Assembly (NCBI GenBank): GCA_015075515.1
Contig: JABTUE010000002.1
Coordinates: 533,478 to 597,477, forward strand
Source: Planctomycetota bacterium
GTDB taxonomy: Bacteria > Planctomycetota > UBA8742 > UBA2392
Direction: 5' to 3'
DNA: 64,000 nt
The stretch's first letter is position 1, and every line of letters begins with the position of its first letter. The translations under genes were made by a program, and so were the position numbers. A model generated the notes under the pieces. It made no database searches. It saw nothing but the letters and a program-made list of their open reading frames with translations, and was not told the origin of the DNA. Below are positions 19,324 through 27,721 of the stretch, piece after piece.

Positions 19324-20139
19324 TCACCGCCGCCGCATCAGGCGCAGGGCGGCTTCGCGCCCCAGGTCGTCTTCGCGCGGGATGGCGCCTGTGGTCTTGT
19401 AAACCAGCCATTCCAGCGCGCGCCAGAAACGGATGCGATCCAGCACCGGGTTCAGCCAGCCAATCGCGATGCAGTAGCTTTGCGTGTACGGCGGGCAGTG
19501 GTGGCGCGCGTGCTGGCGGAAGCTGATCACCAGCCCCAGCGCCTGCAACAGCCGCCCCAGCGCCGGCGGGTTTCTGCGATGCGCCCACTGGTGAAACAGG
19601 TTGGCGGCCATGCAGCCTGCCAGCAGCACATAGGCCCCCACCAGCACCGTCGTGCCCGCCAGGTCGTCGTCGGCGGGGTCGTAAAAACCCAGCAGCGCCA
19701 TCAGCGGCGCCGCCACCAACGCCTGTTCGCCCAGCACCTGCACCACGCCGTGGCGCGTGATCGCCGCAGGATCCACATGATGTTCACGAAACGTGCGCAC
19801 AAACATGCGCCCGATCACCGGCATGCCGGGCCGGCCCCAGGTGTCGCCCGCCCAGTGGATCAGTCCGCAGATGAAATCCGTCAGCACCCACCCGGCCACA
19901 AAACCAGCCAGCAGTTGCCACGGCGCCAGCGACCGCGAAAACACCTGCCAGCCCACCCACGCCGCCAGCGCGCAGAACGCCGCAAGACCGGCCACGTTCA
20001 GCGCGTGCTGGGTTCGCGTGTACCCGGCCGCCAGAGTCGCCGCATCGTGGCGTGACGCCGGCGGAACCCGGGGCTCGACATGAGCCGGGGGCGTCGCAAT
20101 GGCGACGGCAGCGGGCTCGACAACAGTTGTGGCGTTCAT
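19324..20139 (-). CDS. CarF/TMEM189-family membrane lipid desaturase (plasmanylethanolamine-desaturase-like)
   Basis: Histidine boxes HWAGDTWG, FREHH, HQWAHRRNP, HARHHCPPY in a four-helix membrane protein; start at MNATTVV. Confidence 0.6.
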   Translation of the reverse strand: MNATTVVEPAAVAIATPPAHVEPRVPPASRHDAATLAAGYTRTQHALNVAGLAAFCALAAWVGWQVFSRSLAPWQLLAGFVAGWVLTDFICGLIHWAGDTWGRPGMPVIGRMFVRTFREHHVDPAAITRHGVVQVLGEQALVAAPLMALLGFYDPADDDLAGTTVLVGAYVLLAGCMAANLFHQWAHRRNPPALGRLLQALGLVISFRQHARHHCPPYTQSYCIAIGWLNPVLDRIRFWRALEWLVYKTTGAIPREDDLGREAALRLMRRR

Positions 20140-20264
20140 GGGGGACCCCGCCAAAGGCGCCAGAAGATACCGCAGGCAAGGCCCCCGGGTCAAACCGAAG
20201 TGCCCCGCGCTCCGGTGCTTGACCCGAAGTGAGCCTGTGTTAGGGTTCCGGGCCTGCCCGCAAA

Positions 20265-20341
20265 GGACCGTTAGCTCAGTTGGCTAGAGCGCTACCTTGA
20301 CACGGTAGAGGTCACTGGTTCGAGTCCAGTACGGTCCACCA
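20265..20341 (+). tRNA. tRNA-Val (anticodon GAC)
   Basis: Acceptor GGACCGT/ACGGTCC, D-arm TAGCTCAGTTGGCTAGAGCG, anticodon stem CTACC/GGTAG with loop TTGACAC, T-arm GGTTCGAGTCC, encoded CCA. Confidence 0.85.
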
Positions 20342-20346
20342 CCTTC

Positions 20347-20398
20347 CAGCCCGCCCGCAGAGCCAAGTCTGGCAATGCGGGCGGGCTGGTTTCTGTAT
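20347..20398 (+). terminator. Rho-independent terminator-like hairpin after tRNA-Val
   Basis: Perfect 13-bp inverted repeat CAGCCCGCCCGCA...TGCGGGCGGGCTG followed by GTTTCTGTATC. Confidence 0.5.
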
Positions 20399-20505
20399 CG
20401 CGCATCCCCACTGTCACCAAGATTGTCACCAAGGTTCGGACGAATCTGCCCCATTCTACGGCACCCATCGCCGAGAACCGATGCGGCCATGGGCGAGGTA
20501 CGAAG

Positions 20506-21569
20506 TCAGGGTCGGTGTCGCCAAGCCAGTATCCTCTCCAGCTGATCCTGCAGAGCTTGGATACTGAGGGGCTTTGTTTCAGCTTTGGATCGCCGGCGAC
20601 GGGCTGAATCAGGTTTCCCTCGGCCACGTTTGGGTTTGGACAACACCTTGGCACGCTGCTTTTCGTAGTTCTGGTAGTACTGCTGCTTCTGCGTCTGCCG
20701 CCGCAGATAGGCCTTTTCCAACTCGGCAAGGCGGGCGGGTTCGTCCTTGCCATGCAGCCAGTTGGCCAGGTCCGGCGACCGCCCATCCGGCACAACCACA
20801 AACAGCCGCCAGGTCCGACGATCAGCCACGCGTTGTTGCTGTAGGCCTGGGTCATCGGCTCGTCGTGGAAGAACCCGGTGAGCATCGCGCCGAGTTCCGC
20901 AGAAACCGATGGCCGATCCGTGATTGGTCGAGATTGCAAGTTCAGTCCCCGCCCAATCGGGTACAGGTAGCCCTTGAGGCCGGCGTGCCGTGTCGGCACA
21001 GCCCGCGAAATCAGCCCCCAGGAAGTTACTTCGCCAATGCAGCGGTGCGTCTGACGTAATAGTCGATCGACGGGAGCCAGCAGCCGGGTGAGCTTGGGAT
21101 CGCAAACTCCATCGCTGCGAGGCCTGTAGACGTCGTCCCGCCACACAAAGATTGCCTTGCCTGAACGAGAACCAATCCTGGCATCAAAGCTCGTACACCA
21201 GGTTCCCTTCAGGGCGGACTTGGGACCTGTATTGGGCAGTGCACGCCCTGGCAGGAACACCTTGCGCAGCCAAACCGAAAACTGCGACGCTACCGATCCC
21301 CGCCGGCGGCCGGCCCTTCTTGCATAGTCTTTCTCCGCGCGCCCTGTAGGACCTGAGAACAGCTCCAGTTCACGGACTTCCCCGACCGCCAGGGCCGCAA
21401 GACGAGAGAAGACAAACGCGGCGGGGTCGGCAAGCCGTTGCAGCTGGCTGTCGGTCAGGTCGCCCCTGCCGGCCAAGTGGGCCAACTTTCTCAGTTCATT
21501 AGCCACGCTGTAGGCCCGCTCTTGAGGGCTGCATGGTACGGGCGCAGCCGGGTTGGTGTCCACCGGCAC
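20506..21569 (-). pseudogene. Frameshifted hypothetical gene (possible replication/mobilisation protein of integrated element)
   Basis: Protein-like N-terminal part in the 21569-start frame and C-terminal part (KDEPARLAELEKAYLRRQ...) in the 21144-start frame; the 3' tail of the long ORF runs antisense through tRNA-Val and is spurious. Confidence 0.35.
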
Positions 21570-21656
21570 TGAATCCGCGAAATTCAGCCCAACTCAGCTT
21601 GAAAAAGTGGCCCTTGGCCACACTTTTGAATTGGAGCCCTTGCCTGGAGGAAGCCC

Positions 21657-22454
21657 ATGGGACTCGCCACAGCCCCTCCTCCTTCAATAATGGTAGCCAA
21701 TTCTACCAACTTCCAACAAACGGTCGGTCTGACCAGGCGCGCCCAAGAGGTGCTTACGGCGATCCAAGCCGGCAATGCACTGCTTTCCCGCCACGCCTCC
21801 CCGGTAGAGACCAAACGCAAGGCCCGTGCCCTGAGGAAGCGTGGTTCCAGATCGTACCGCGGGCTCGGCAGCTGTTCGGATTGCGAAATCCGCGCTACGG
21901 AACAGGGTTTCGAGCTGGTACTCCAGCACTGCAACACCGCAGTTTGTCCGCGTTGTGCTCGCATCAAGGCCAAGTCGGTCGCCCGAAAGTACCGTCCTGC
22001 ATTGATCGCAGCCATTGAGGCCGGCCATCAGCTTTCCCGCATCACCCTCACTCAGGTTCGGCGCCCGGATGAACCGGCATTGGATGCCTTACAGCGCCTG
22101 CGTGCCTGCCTGGCAAGATTCGGGACGCTGCGGCCCGATGGGGCCACGCCGGTGATCCGTAGCGACAACGGGCTGATCTTCCAGAGCAAGCGCTTCCGGG
22201 CTGCCTGCAAGGACTATCGGCTCAGCCAAGAGTTCGTCACGCCCTACACGCCCGAGCAGAACGGCATGATCGAAAGGTTCTTCCGCAGCCTGAAAGAGGA
22301 GTGCGTGTGGCTTGAGAACTTCACCGACTTTGAACAGGCCAGAGCAGCCGTGGCAGGCTGGATCCGGTTCTACAACTCAGAGCGGCCGCACCAGTCATTG
22401 AACTACATGAGCCCGGAACAGTTCCGGGCCCAACAAGCAAACCAGGTGGCTTGA
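21657..22454 (+). pseudogene. Chimeric/truncated DDE transposase: zinc-ribbon-containing N-terminal part fused to C-terminal half of an rve (IS3/IS481-type) integrase core
   Basis: C-terminal SDNGLIFQSKRF...TPYTPEQNGMIERFFRSLKEE...YNSERPHQSL is the conserved distal half of the DDE integrase core; the first two catalytic-region blocks are absent; upstream CSDC...CPRC cysteine pairs. Confidence 0.5.
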
Positions 22455-22527
22455 CTTCAGGGGAGCACTACACGCTGACCTTGGGTTGGCGCTGCTTTCT
22501 TTTCAACCCTTACATCTGGAGGTTCCC

Positions 22528-23562
22528 ATGGTTCTTGGCACAGCAGTGCTTGATGCCGCGTCGTCGGCTTCGAGCGGCAATTTGATTTCCGGGCGGCTTT
22601 CGGCGCGGCCGGATGCCCGTTTGGGCCAGCTTCTTGGCCAGCTTGAGGCGCTGGCTGTCCAGCAGCGCGACATTGCCGTCAACACGCGCGAGCTGGCGAT
22701 GGCGCCTGAGGATAGCGCGCTCGTGGTTGGTCGCGCCGAGCGTTTTGGCCTGCGCGAGCATGCCTTTGCCCAGCTCGCCACGAAGTTGCAGATCCCCGCG
22801 CATTACCTGCGGCGTTGCGCGCCCGAACTGCGCGCAGAGAACGTCAATCGCTGGCTGCGCGAGGCCGACCGCGACGTGATGCTGCGCTTCGAGGGCGGCG
22901 AAGTCCGCGGCGTGCTCTCGGGCGCGTACCGGGCGATCAACCACCAGGACATCCTGGGCTGGCTGGAATCGCGCTTGGGCGAGAACACCCCGGTGCGCTA
23001 CGAGCTCACCGAGGGCTACCTCGACTTGCAGGTCGTCGGCCCAGCTGAAGCCGGTATGCCGGAGGCCCGCCGCGACCCGCTGCACCGCGGTCTGCACCTG
23101 CGCAACAGCGAAGTCGGCCTGGCACGGGTGAACATCAGCGCCCTGGTGTACCGCACGATCTGCCTCAACGGACTGGTCATGGGTGCCGGCCGCTGGGCTT
23201 ACCAGCGACGGCACGTCGGCAAGGCCGAGATTGCCGATCAGGTGCGCGAGGCCTTTGACCACGCGATTGAACTGTCAGCCCAGGCCGTGACCGCCTTCGC
23301 CGGGACGCGGGGCATCCAGGTCAAGGAACCCGAAAAGGCGCTGGACCGCATCGTCACGCGTTACGAACTGGCCGAAGACGAGGGTGCGGCAATCCACCGC
23401 GCCTGGCAGGTGGAACCGGGCAAGACCCTCTTCGCGGTGATCAACGCCCTGACCCGCGCCGGCAACGACAACGCGCTCGCCCTGGAAAGCCGTCACAAGC
23501 TGCAAACCCTCGGTGGCCGCCTCTCTGACTTGTCGGCAACGGGCCGATGGATAGATAACTAA
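22528..23562 (+). CDS. DUF932-like phage/plasmid-associated protein
   Basis: LRNSEVGLARVNISALVYRTICLNGLV matches the NS..G....R..C.NG block remembered for DUF932; GGAGG RBS 6 nt before ATG at 22528. Confidence 0.5.
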   Translation: MVLGTAVLDAASSASSGNLISGRLSARPDARLGQLLGQLEALAVQQRDIAVNTRELAMAPEDSALVVGRAERFGLREHAFAQLATKLQIPAHYLRRCAPELRAENVNRWLREADRDVMLRFEGGEVRGVLSGAYRAINHQDILGWLESRLGENTPVRYELTEGYLDLQVVGPAEAGMPEARRDPLHRGLHLRNSEVGLARVNISALVYRTICLNGLVMGAGRWAYQRRHVGKAEIADQVREAFDHAIELSAQAVTAFAGTRGIQVKEPEKALDRIVTRYELAEDEGAAIHRAWQVEPGKTLFAVINALTRAGNDNALALESRHKLQTLGGRLSDLSATGRWIDN

Positions 23563-23634
23563 CCCTTCGGATGTTGCATTGGCGGCACATTTTGGTCTGG
23601 ACTCAGTACCTCGGTACGTGTCTACAATGCGGAC

Positions 23635-24036
23635 ATGAGAGGTTTGGCACATGTGCTGCTAGCCATTCTCGCCGTGGTCGCGCCAGTCGCCGGCGTGTGT
23701 CGCTGCGATCCTGGCGCGATTTTCCGGTCTCTGTTTGCGTGCCACGAACACACGACCGGCCACGTTTGCAGCCATGGCGACCATGGACAAGGCGGCCAGT
23801 CGCAAGACACGCCAGAGCGAAAGTGCCCGATTACACTGAGCTGCGCTGACGGACTTGACTTGTTGATAGAGCCTGCGCCGGGATTGTTCGTAGAGCGCGA
23901 GGTGTCGACTTACTGCACTACAGCGGCCTTTGCAGGCAGCCTCTATCCGACGCACGCGCCAAGGCCCAACAGGGCATCGCAGGCTCATCCGCCGCCAGTC
24001 TTGACTCACTTAAGACTTTGTCGCTTCCTCATCTGA
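23635..24036 (+). CDS. Possible small Cys/His-rich secreted protein upstream of efflux operon (doubtful)
   Basis: Hydrophobic N-terminus, CRCD, HEHTTGHVCSHGDHG cluster; may be non-coding. Confidence 0.15.
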   Translation: MRGLAHVLLAILAVVAPVAGVCRCDPGAIFRSLFACHEHTTGHVCSHGDHGQGGQSQDTPERKCPITLSCADGLDLLIEPAPGLFVEREVSTYCTTAAFAGSLYPTHAPRPNRASQAHPPPVLTHLRLCRFLI

Positions 24037-24102
24037 TCTCGCACGCGCCGATGCCCTCGGCATCGGGTTCAATGTTGGTGCCTCTTCTGCCTGAGGTGAC
24101 CC

Positions 24103-25476
24103 ATGCGTGCTGCATTCAAAATTGTCACATGCATTTCCTTCGCCGCGCTGTCCGCGTGCACGGCAGTCAATACTGAGAGGTCGCGACTGGACGCCACGCC
24201 AGCGCCGGACTTCAAGGCGCTGTCGTCGGCCCTGGACGATGTGCTTGCGGATCCTGCCAGGTCGCAGGCACCAGAGGCCCTGTCGGCTGCGTCGCTGGCT
24301 GACATCCAGCGAATGTCCCAGACGCGCAGCCCCTTTCTTGCCGCAGCCTACTACCGCTGGAAGGCCGCGGTGGCGCTGATCGACACGGCCTTTGAGATGC
24401 CTGAGGGCATGGTCGAGTACCGCGAGTTCATGCAGGCGGAGAGGGCCAACATTCGCCTCATGGATGAACGGCGCAGCGTGATGCTGTCCCAGATGTTCCC
24501 CAATCCCGGCAAGGTGGTGGCCCGCCAGGACATGCTGGCCGCTGAAGCTTCCGCCATGGCGGAGGAGTTCAGCGCCGTGCGGCGCGAGTTGCGTCGGCAG
24601 GTGACGGCCGCCTATGTGGACATCCAGTCGCTGGATGCCAGGGCTGAGGTGCTGCGGCAGCTGGTGGCACTGGCCAGCGGGCTGGAGGCGCTGATGGAGC
24701 CCATGGTCGAGACCGGTCAGGCCACGCAGGCCAGCCTGCTGCGCATGCAGGTCGAGCGCGAAGAGATGCAGAGCGATCTGGCATCGTTGTCTTTGCGAAG
24801 ACCGGCTCTAGTGAAGGTGCTGGAAGCGGCTTCGGGCGTCCGTCTCGACCCCGCGGTGACGGTGGACGCACTACCCGAAGTCCGTCGCGCGGTTGTGCCC
24901 GGCCGGGCTGAACAACTGGTTGCCCTGGAAACGCACCCCATGCTGCAAATCGCCCACGCGCAGGCACGGGTGGCGGACGCAAAGCTGATTGAATCGAGGT
25001 GGATGTGGGTGCCGGACTTCTTCGTCGCGGCAGAATGGATGCAGATGAACGTGCCGGGCGACATGCCCTTTGAAAGCGCCGTGGCGTTTCGCGTCGGCAT
25101 CACGATTCCCTGGAGTTTCGGCGCCAATGCTGCCCGCAGCAACGCCGCCGAGGCGGATCGCATGGCAGCCCTGCTGGTGGTTGCCCAGAAGCGGCTGGAT
25201 CTTCAGGCCGAGCTTGACGCCATGCTGTTCGAACTGGCCGATGCCGAACGCATGCTGCGCCTGCTGGGTACCAGCATCTTGCCCAAGGCCCGCCAGGCCT
25301 TGGAGTTGATCCAGGGTGATTTTTCCGCGGGCCGTGCCGGCCTGACTGATGTGATCAGCGCCTGGCAGGCCTGGCTGGGGGGCGAGCTGTCGCTTATCCG
25401 GGCTCGTGCGGAAGCCCTGAAGTCTCGTGCGGCCGTGGAGTCATTGACCGGACTGACCTTGAAAGATGAACCATAA
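24103..25476 (+). CDS. Outer-membrane efflux protein (TolC/CusC/CzcC family) lipoprotein
   Basis: Lipobox FAALSAC; two repeated helical halves of the OMF family; heads a four-gene efflux operon. Confidence 0.75.
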   Translation: MRAAFKIVTCISFAALSACTAVNTERSRLDATPAPDFKALSSALDDVLADPARSQAPEALSAASLADIQRMSQTRSPFLAAAYYRWKAAVALIDTAFEMPEGMVEYREFMQAERANIRLMDERRSVMLSQMFPNPGKVVARQDMLAAEASAMAEEFSAVRRELRRQVTAAYVDIQSLDARAEVLRQLVALASGLEALMEPMVETGQATQASLLRMQVEREEMQSDLASLSLRRPALVKVLEAASGVRLDPAVTVDALPEVRRAVVPGRAEQLVALETHPMLQIAHAQARVADAKLIESRWMWVPDFFVAAEWMQMNVPGDMPFESAVAFRVGITIPWSFGANAARSNAAEADRMAALLVVAQKRLDLQAELDAMLFELADAERMLRLLGTSILPKARQALELIQGDFSAGRAGLTDVISAWQAWLGGELSLIRARAEALKSRAAVESLTGLTLKDEP

Positions 25477-25487
25477 GGAGCAAGTAC

Positions 25488-26138
25488 ATGCGCAATGTAA
25501 TGGGATTTGTCACCGCCTGCGCCTTCATGTTGCTGGTGGGTGGCCTGATTCGAGGCGCGGCACTCAGCCGCGTTGACGCTCCGCTGGCCGAAAGCCAGCA
25601 GGATCAAAGCCAGCACCAGGGCCACGGCGCTGACACACCTGCGCAGCAACCCAAAGCAGAAGAGCCAACGAAGGCCGAGCCTGAGAGCAAAGAACCCGGG
25701 AAGGACAAGCCTGAGCCGGAGGCCGTCAAAGAACTTGAGAACGCCAACGATCCTGTGAGCAGCAAAGCGGCAGGCGACAAGCCCACAGTGCTGGAACACA
25801 AGGGCTGGAAAGTACGGTTTGAGAACGAGGCCAACCGCGACAAGTTCCTGAAGAAGCCGATCCGTTACTACGCTGCCCTGTCTCTTGAGCCCACCAGTGA
25901 CGGCAAGCTTCTGAAGGTGGACCCTTCCGGCTACGAAAAGGCTGCGCCCGCAACCTGCGGCATCATGGGCGGGGATATTGACCCTGACGGTGACGTGTTC
26001 GTCCTGCATCGAGGCTTCAAGGTCTACTTCTGCTGCTGGAGCGGCTGCGGCGACGAATTTGTGGCCAACGCTGCCAAGTACTACGACCATTACGGATTGG
26101 TCGAGAAGGACGGCAAGCTGGTGCGAAAGAAGGAGTAG
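25488..26138 (+). CDS. Periplasmic YHS/TRASH-domain metal-binding protein
   Basis: Signal-anchor, low-complexity Lys/Glu/Pro linker, two YHS-like modules (HKGWKVRFENEANRDKFLKKP; HRGFKVYFCCWSGCGDEFVANAAKYY). Confidence 0.5.
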   Translation: MRNVMGFVTACAFMLLVGGLIRGAALSRVDAPLAESQQDQSQHQGHGADTPAQQPKAEEPTKAEPESKEPGKDKPEPEAVKELENANDPVSSKAAGDKPTVLEHKGWKVRFENEANRDKFLKKPIRYYAALSLEPTSDGKLLKVDPSGYEKAAPATCGIMGGDIDPDGDVFVLHRGFKVYFCCWSGCGDEFVANAAKYYDHYGLVEKDGKLVRKKE

Positions 26139-26140
26139 CC

Positions 26141-27709
26141 ATGCCCGAAGAATCCCCAGCCGAAAAGCCGACGGATCCGGCGCGCCCCGGCTTCCTGAAG
26201 CGCCGCGCCTTTCTTGCTTCGGTTCTGGGTGGCACCGTGGCCGGCCTGGCTGGTGCCATGCTGGTGCCTCGTGACTGGCTGCTTGCGCCGGGAAAGTCTG
26301 CGGTCGACCCACATGCGGGCCATGGGTCCGGGGGAACCAAGGTCTTCTATGCCTGCCCCATGTTCTGCACGAGGCTGGACAAGCCCGGCGATTGCCCGGT
26401 GTGCGGCATGACGCTGGAAATGTTCGTGGACACAGGCGAAGTGCTGCCGCTGGACGATCGCGACCGCTGGGCCATGGGCATTCGCGCCGAGGCCCCAAAG
26501 CGGCGGATGCTCGCCCGTGAAATCCGGACCTTGGGCCAATTCGAGGTTGATGAATCCCTGGATCGGGTTGTCAGCGCATGGGTCGCGGGCCGGATTGACC
26601 GCATGCACGCGGACTACACGGGCGTTGCGGTGTCGGAAGGCGATCACTTGTTCGACTTGTACTCGCCGGACCTCTACTCAGCCCACAGGGAGTTAAAGGT
26701 TGCCCAGGACGCCGCAGCCGGCGGTACTCCCGGTGCCGACAAGCTGCTGCAACTGTCCCGCGAGAAACTCCGGCGGCTGGGACTGACCGCGCCTCAGCTG
26801 CAGCAGCTCGAAGGTCGCCCCGCCGATTCACCGACCTTCACCGTGCCCAGCCCCATCTCGGGTGTGGTTCTGGAGAAGATGGCACGCGAAGGCCAGTACT
26901 TGGAGACAGGCATGCCGGTGTACCGCGTGGCCGACCTGTCGCGCCTCTGGCTGATGTTGAGCATTCACGAGCGCGACCTTCCCTTTGTCGTGCTGGGCCA
27001 GCCGGTCCGTTTCGAGCTTGGGGGAGTTGCCCCCGAAACCGTCAGCGGGCAAGTCAGTTTCATTGACCCCACGCTCGACACCATGACACGCACAGCCCGT
27101 GTGCGTGTCGAGGTTCCCAATCAGTCCGGCCGACTCAAGCCCGGCATGTTTGGTACGGCGACGATTCTGGCCTGGCTCGCGTCAGACGGGACGGTGGCCC
27201 AGCCGGCACTGGCCGGCCAGTACGCCTGCCCGATGCACCCGCTGCAGTGGTCCGAAGTCGCAGGGGAGTCTTGCCGGATCTGCGGCATGTCTATGCGGCG
27301 ACGTGCCCCTCAACGCGGCAGCCCGCAGGCGCATGTTCTTTCAATCCCGCGCGAGGCCGTTCTCAGCACGGGGCGGCGTCACGTCGTGTACGTCGAGTGG
27401 TGGGCCAAACGCAAGCCGGACGGCACGGTCAGCCACAACCACGCCGGCCTGGCCGAGAAGCTGCAGAGGCCCGAGTACCAGGGCTTTGAAGTCAACCTGG
27501 GCGCGCTGTGCGCCGAATACCACGAACTGAAGGACGGCACACTTCATCGCGGTGACGAGTACTACGCCGTGCGTTCCGGCCTGCCATCGGGGGTACGGAT
27601 CGTGACAAACGGGCAGTTCCTGATTGACAGCCAGATGGAACTTGCGGGCAAACCCTCGCTGTTCCGGCCGGAAGGCGGGTCGGCGGCGGCAACCCACAGC
27701 GGTCATTGA
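26141..27709 (+). CDS. Heavy-metal efflux RND periplasmic adaptor (CusB/CzcB family) with two Cys-rich metal-binding modules
   Basis: FYACPMFCTRLDKPGDCPVCGM and YACPMHPLQWSEVAGESCRICGM motifs flanking a membrane-fusion-protein beta-barrel/lipoyl region. Confidence 0.8.
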   Translation: MPEESPAEKPTDPARPGFLKRRAFLASVLGGTVAGLAGAMLVPRDWLLAPGKSAVDPHAGHGSGGTKVFYACPMFCTRLDKPGDCPVCGMTLEMFVDTGEVLPLDDRDRWAMGIRAEAPKRRMLAREIRTLGQFEVDESLDRVVSAWVAGRIDRMHADYTGVAVSEGDHLFDLYSPDLYSAHRELKVAQDAAAGGTPGADKLLQLSREKLRRLGLTAPQLQQLEGRPADSPTFTVPSPISGVVLEKMAREGQYLETGMPVYRVADLSRLWLMLSIHERDLPFVVLGQPVRFELGGVAPETVSGQVSFIDPTLDTMTRTARVRVEVPNQSGRLKPGMFGTATILAWLASDGTVAQPALAGQYACPMHPLQWSEVAGESCRICGMSMRRRAPQRGSPQAHVLSIPREAVLSTGRRHVVYVEWWAKRKPDGTVSHNHAGLAEKLQRPEYQGFEVNLGALCAEYHELKDGTLHRGDEYYAVRSGLPSGVRIVTNGQFLIDSQMELAGKPSLFRPEGGSAAATHSGH

Positions 27710-27721
27710 TAGGGCGACGGC

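Noticed and set aside
23635-24036. Treating the 133-aa Cys/His-rich ORF as a confident metal-binding gene
   Set aside because: Composition is partly low-complexity and it has no RBS or recognisable fold; kept only as a low-confidence feature.
25203-26498. 431-aa minus-strand ORF across the YHS-protein and adaptor genes
   Set aside because: Antisense to two genes with clear metal-binding motifs; Arg/Pro/Ala-rich translation.
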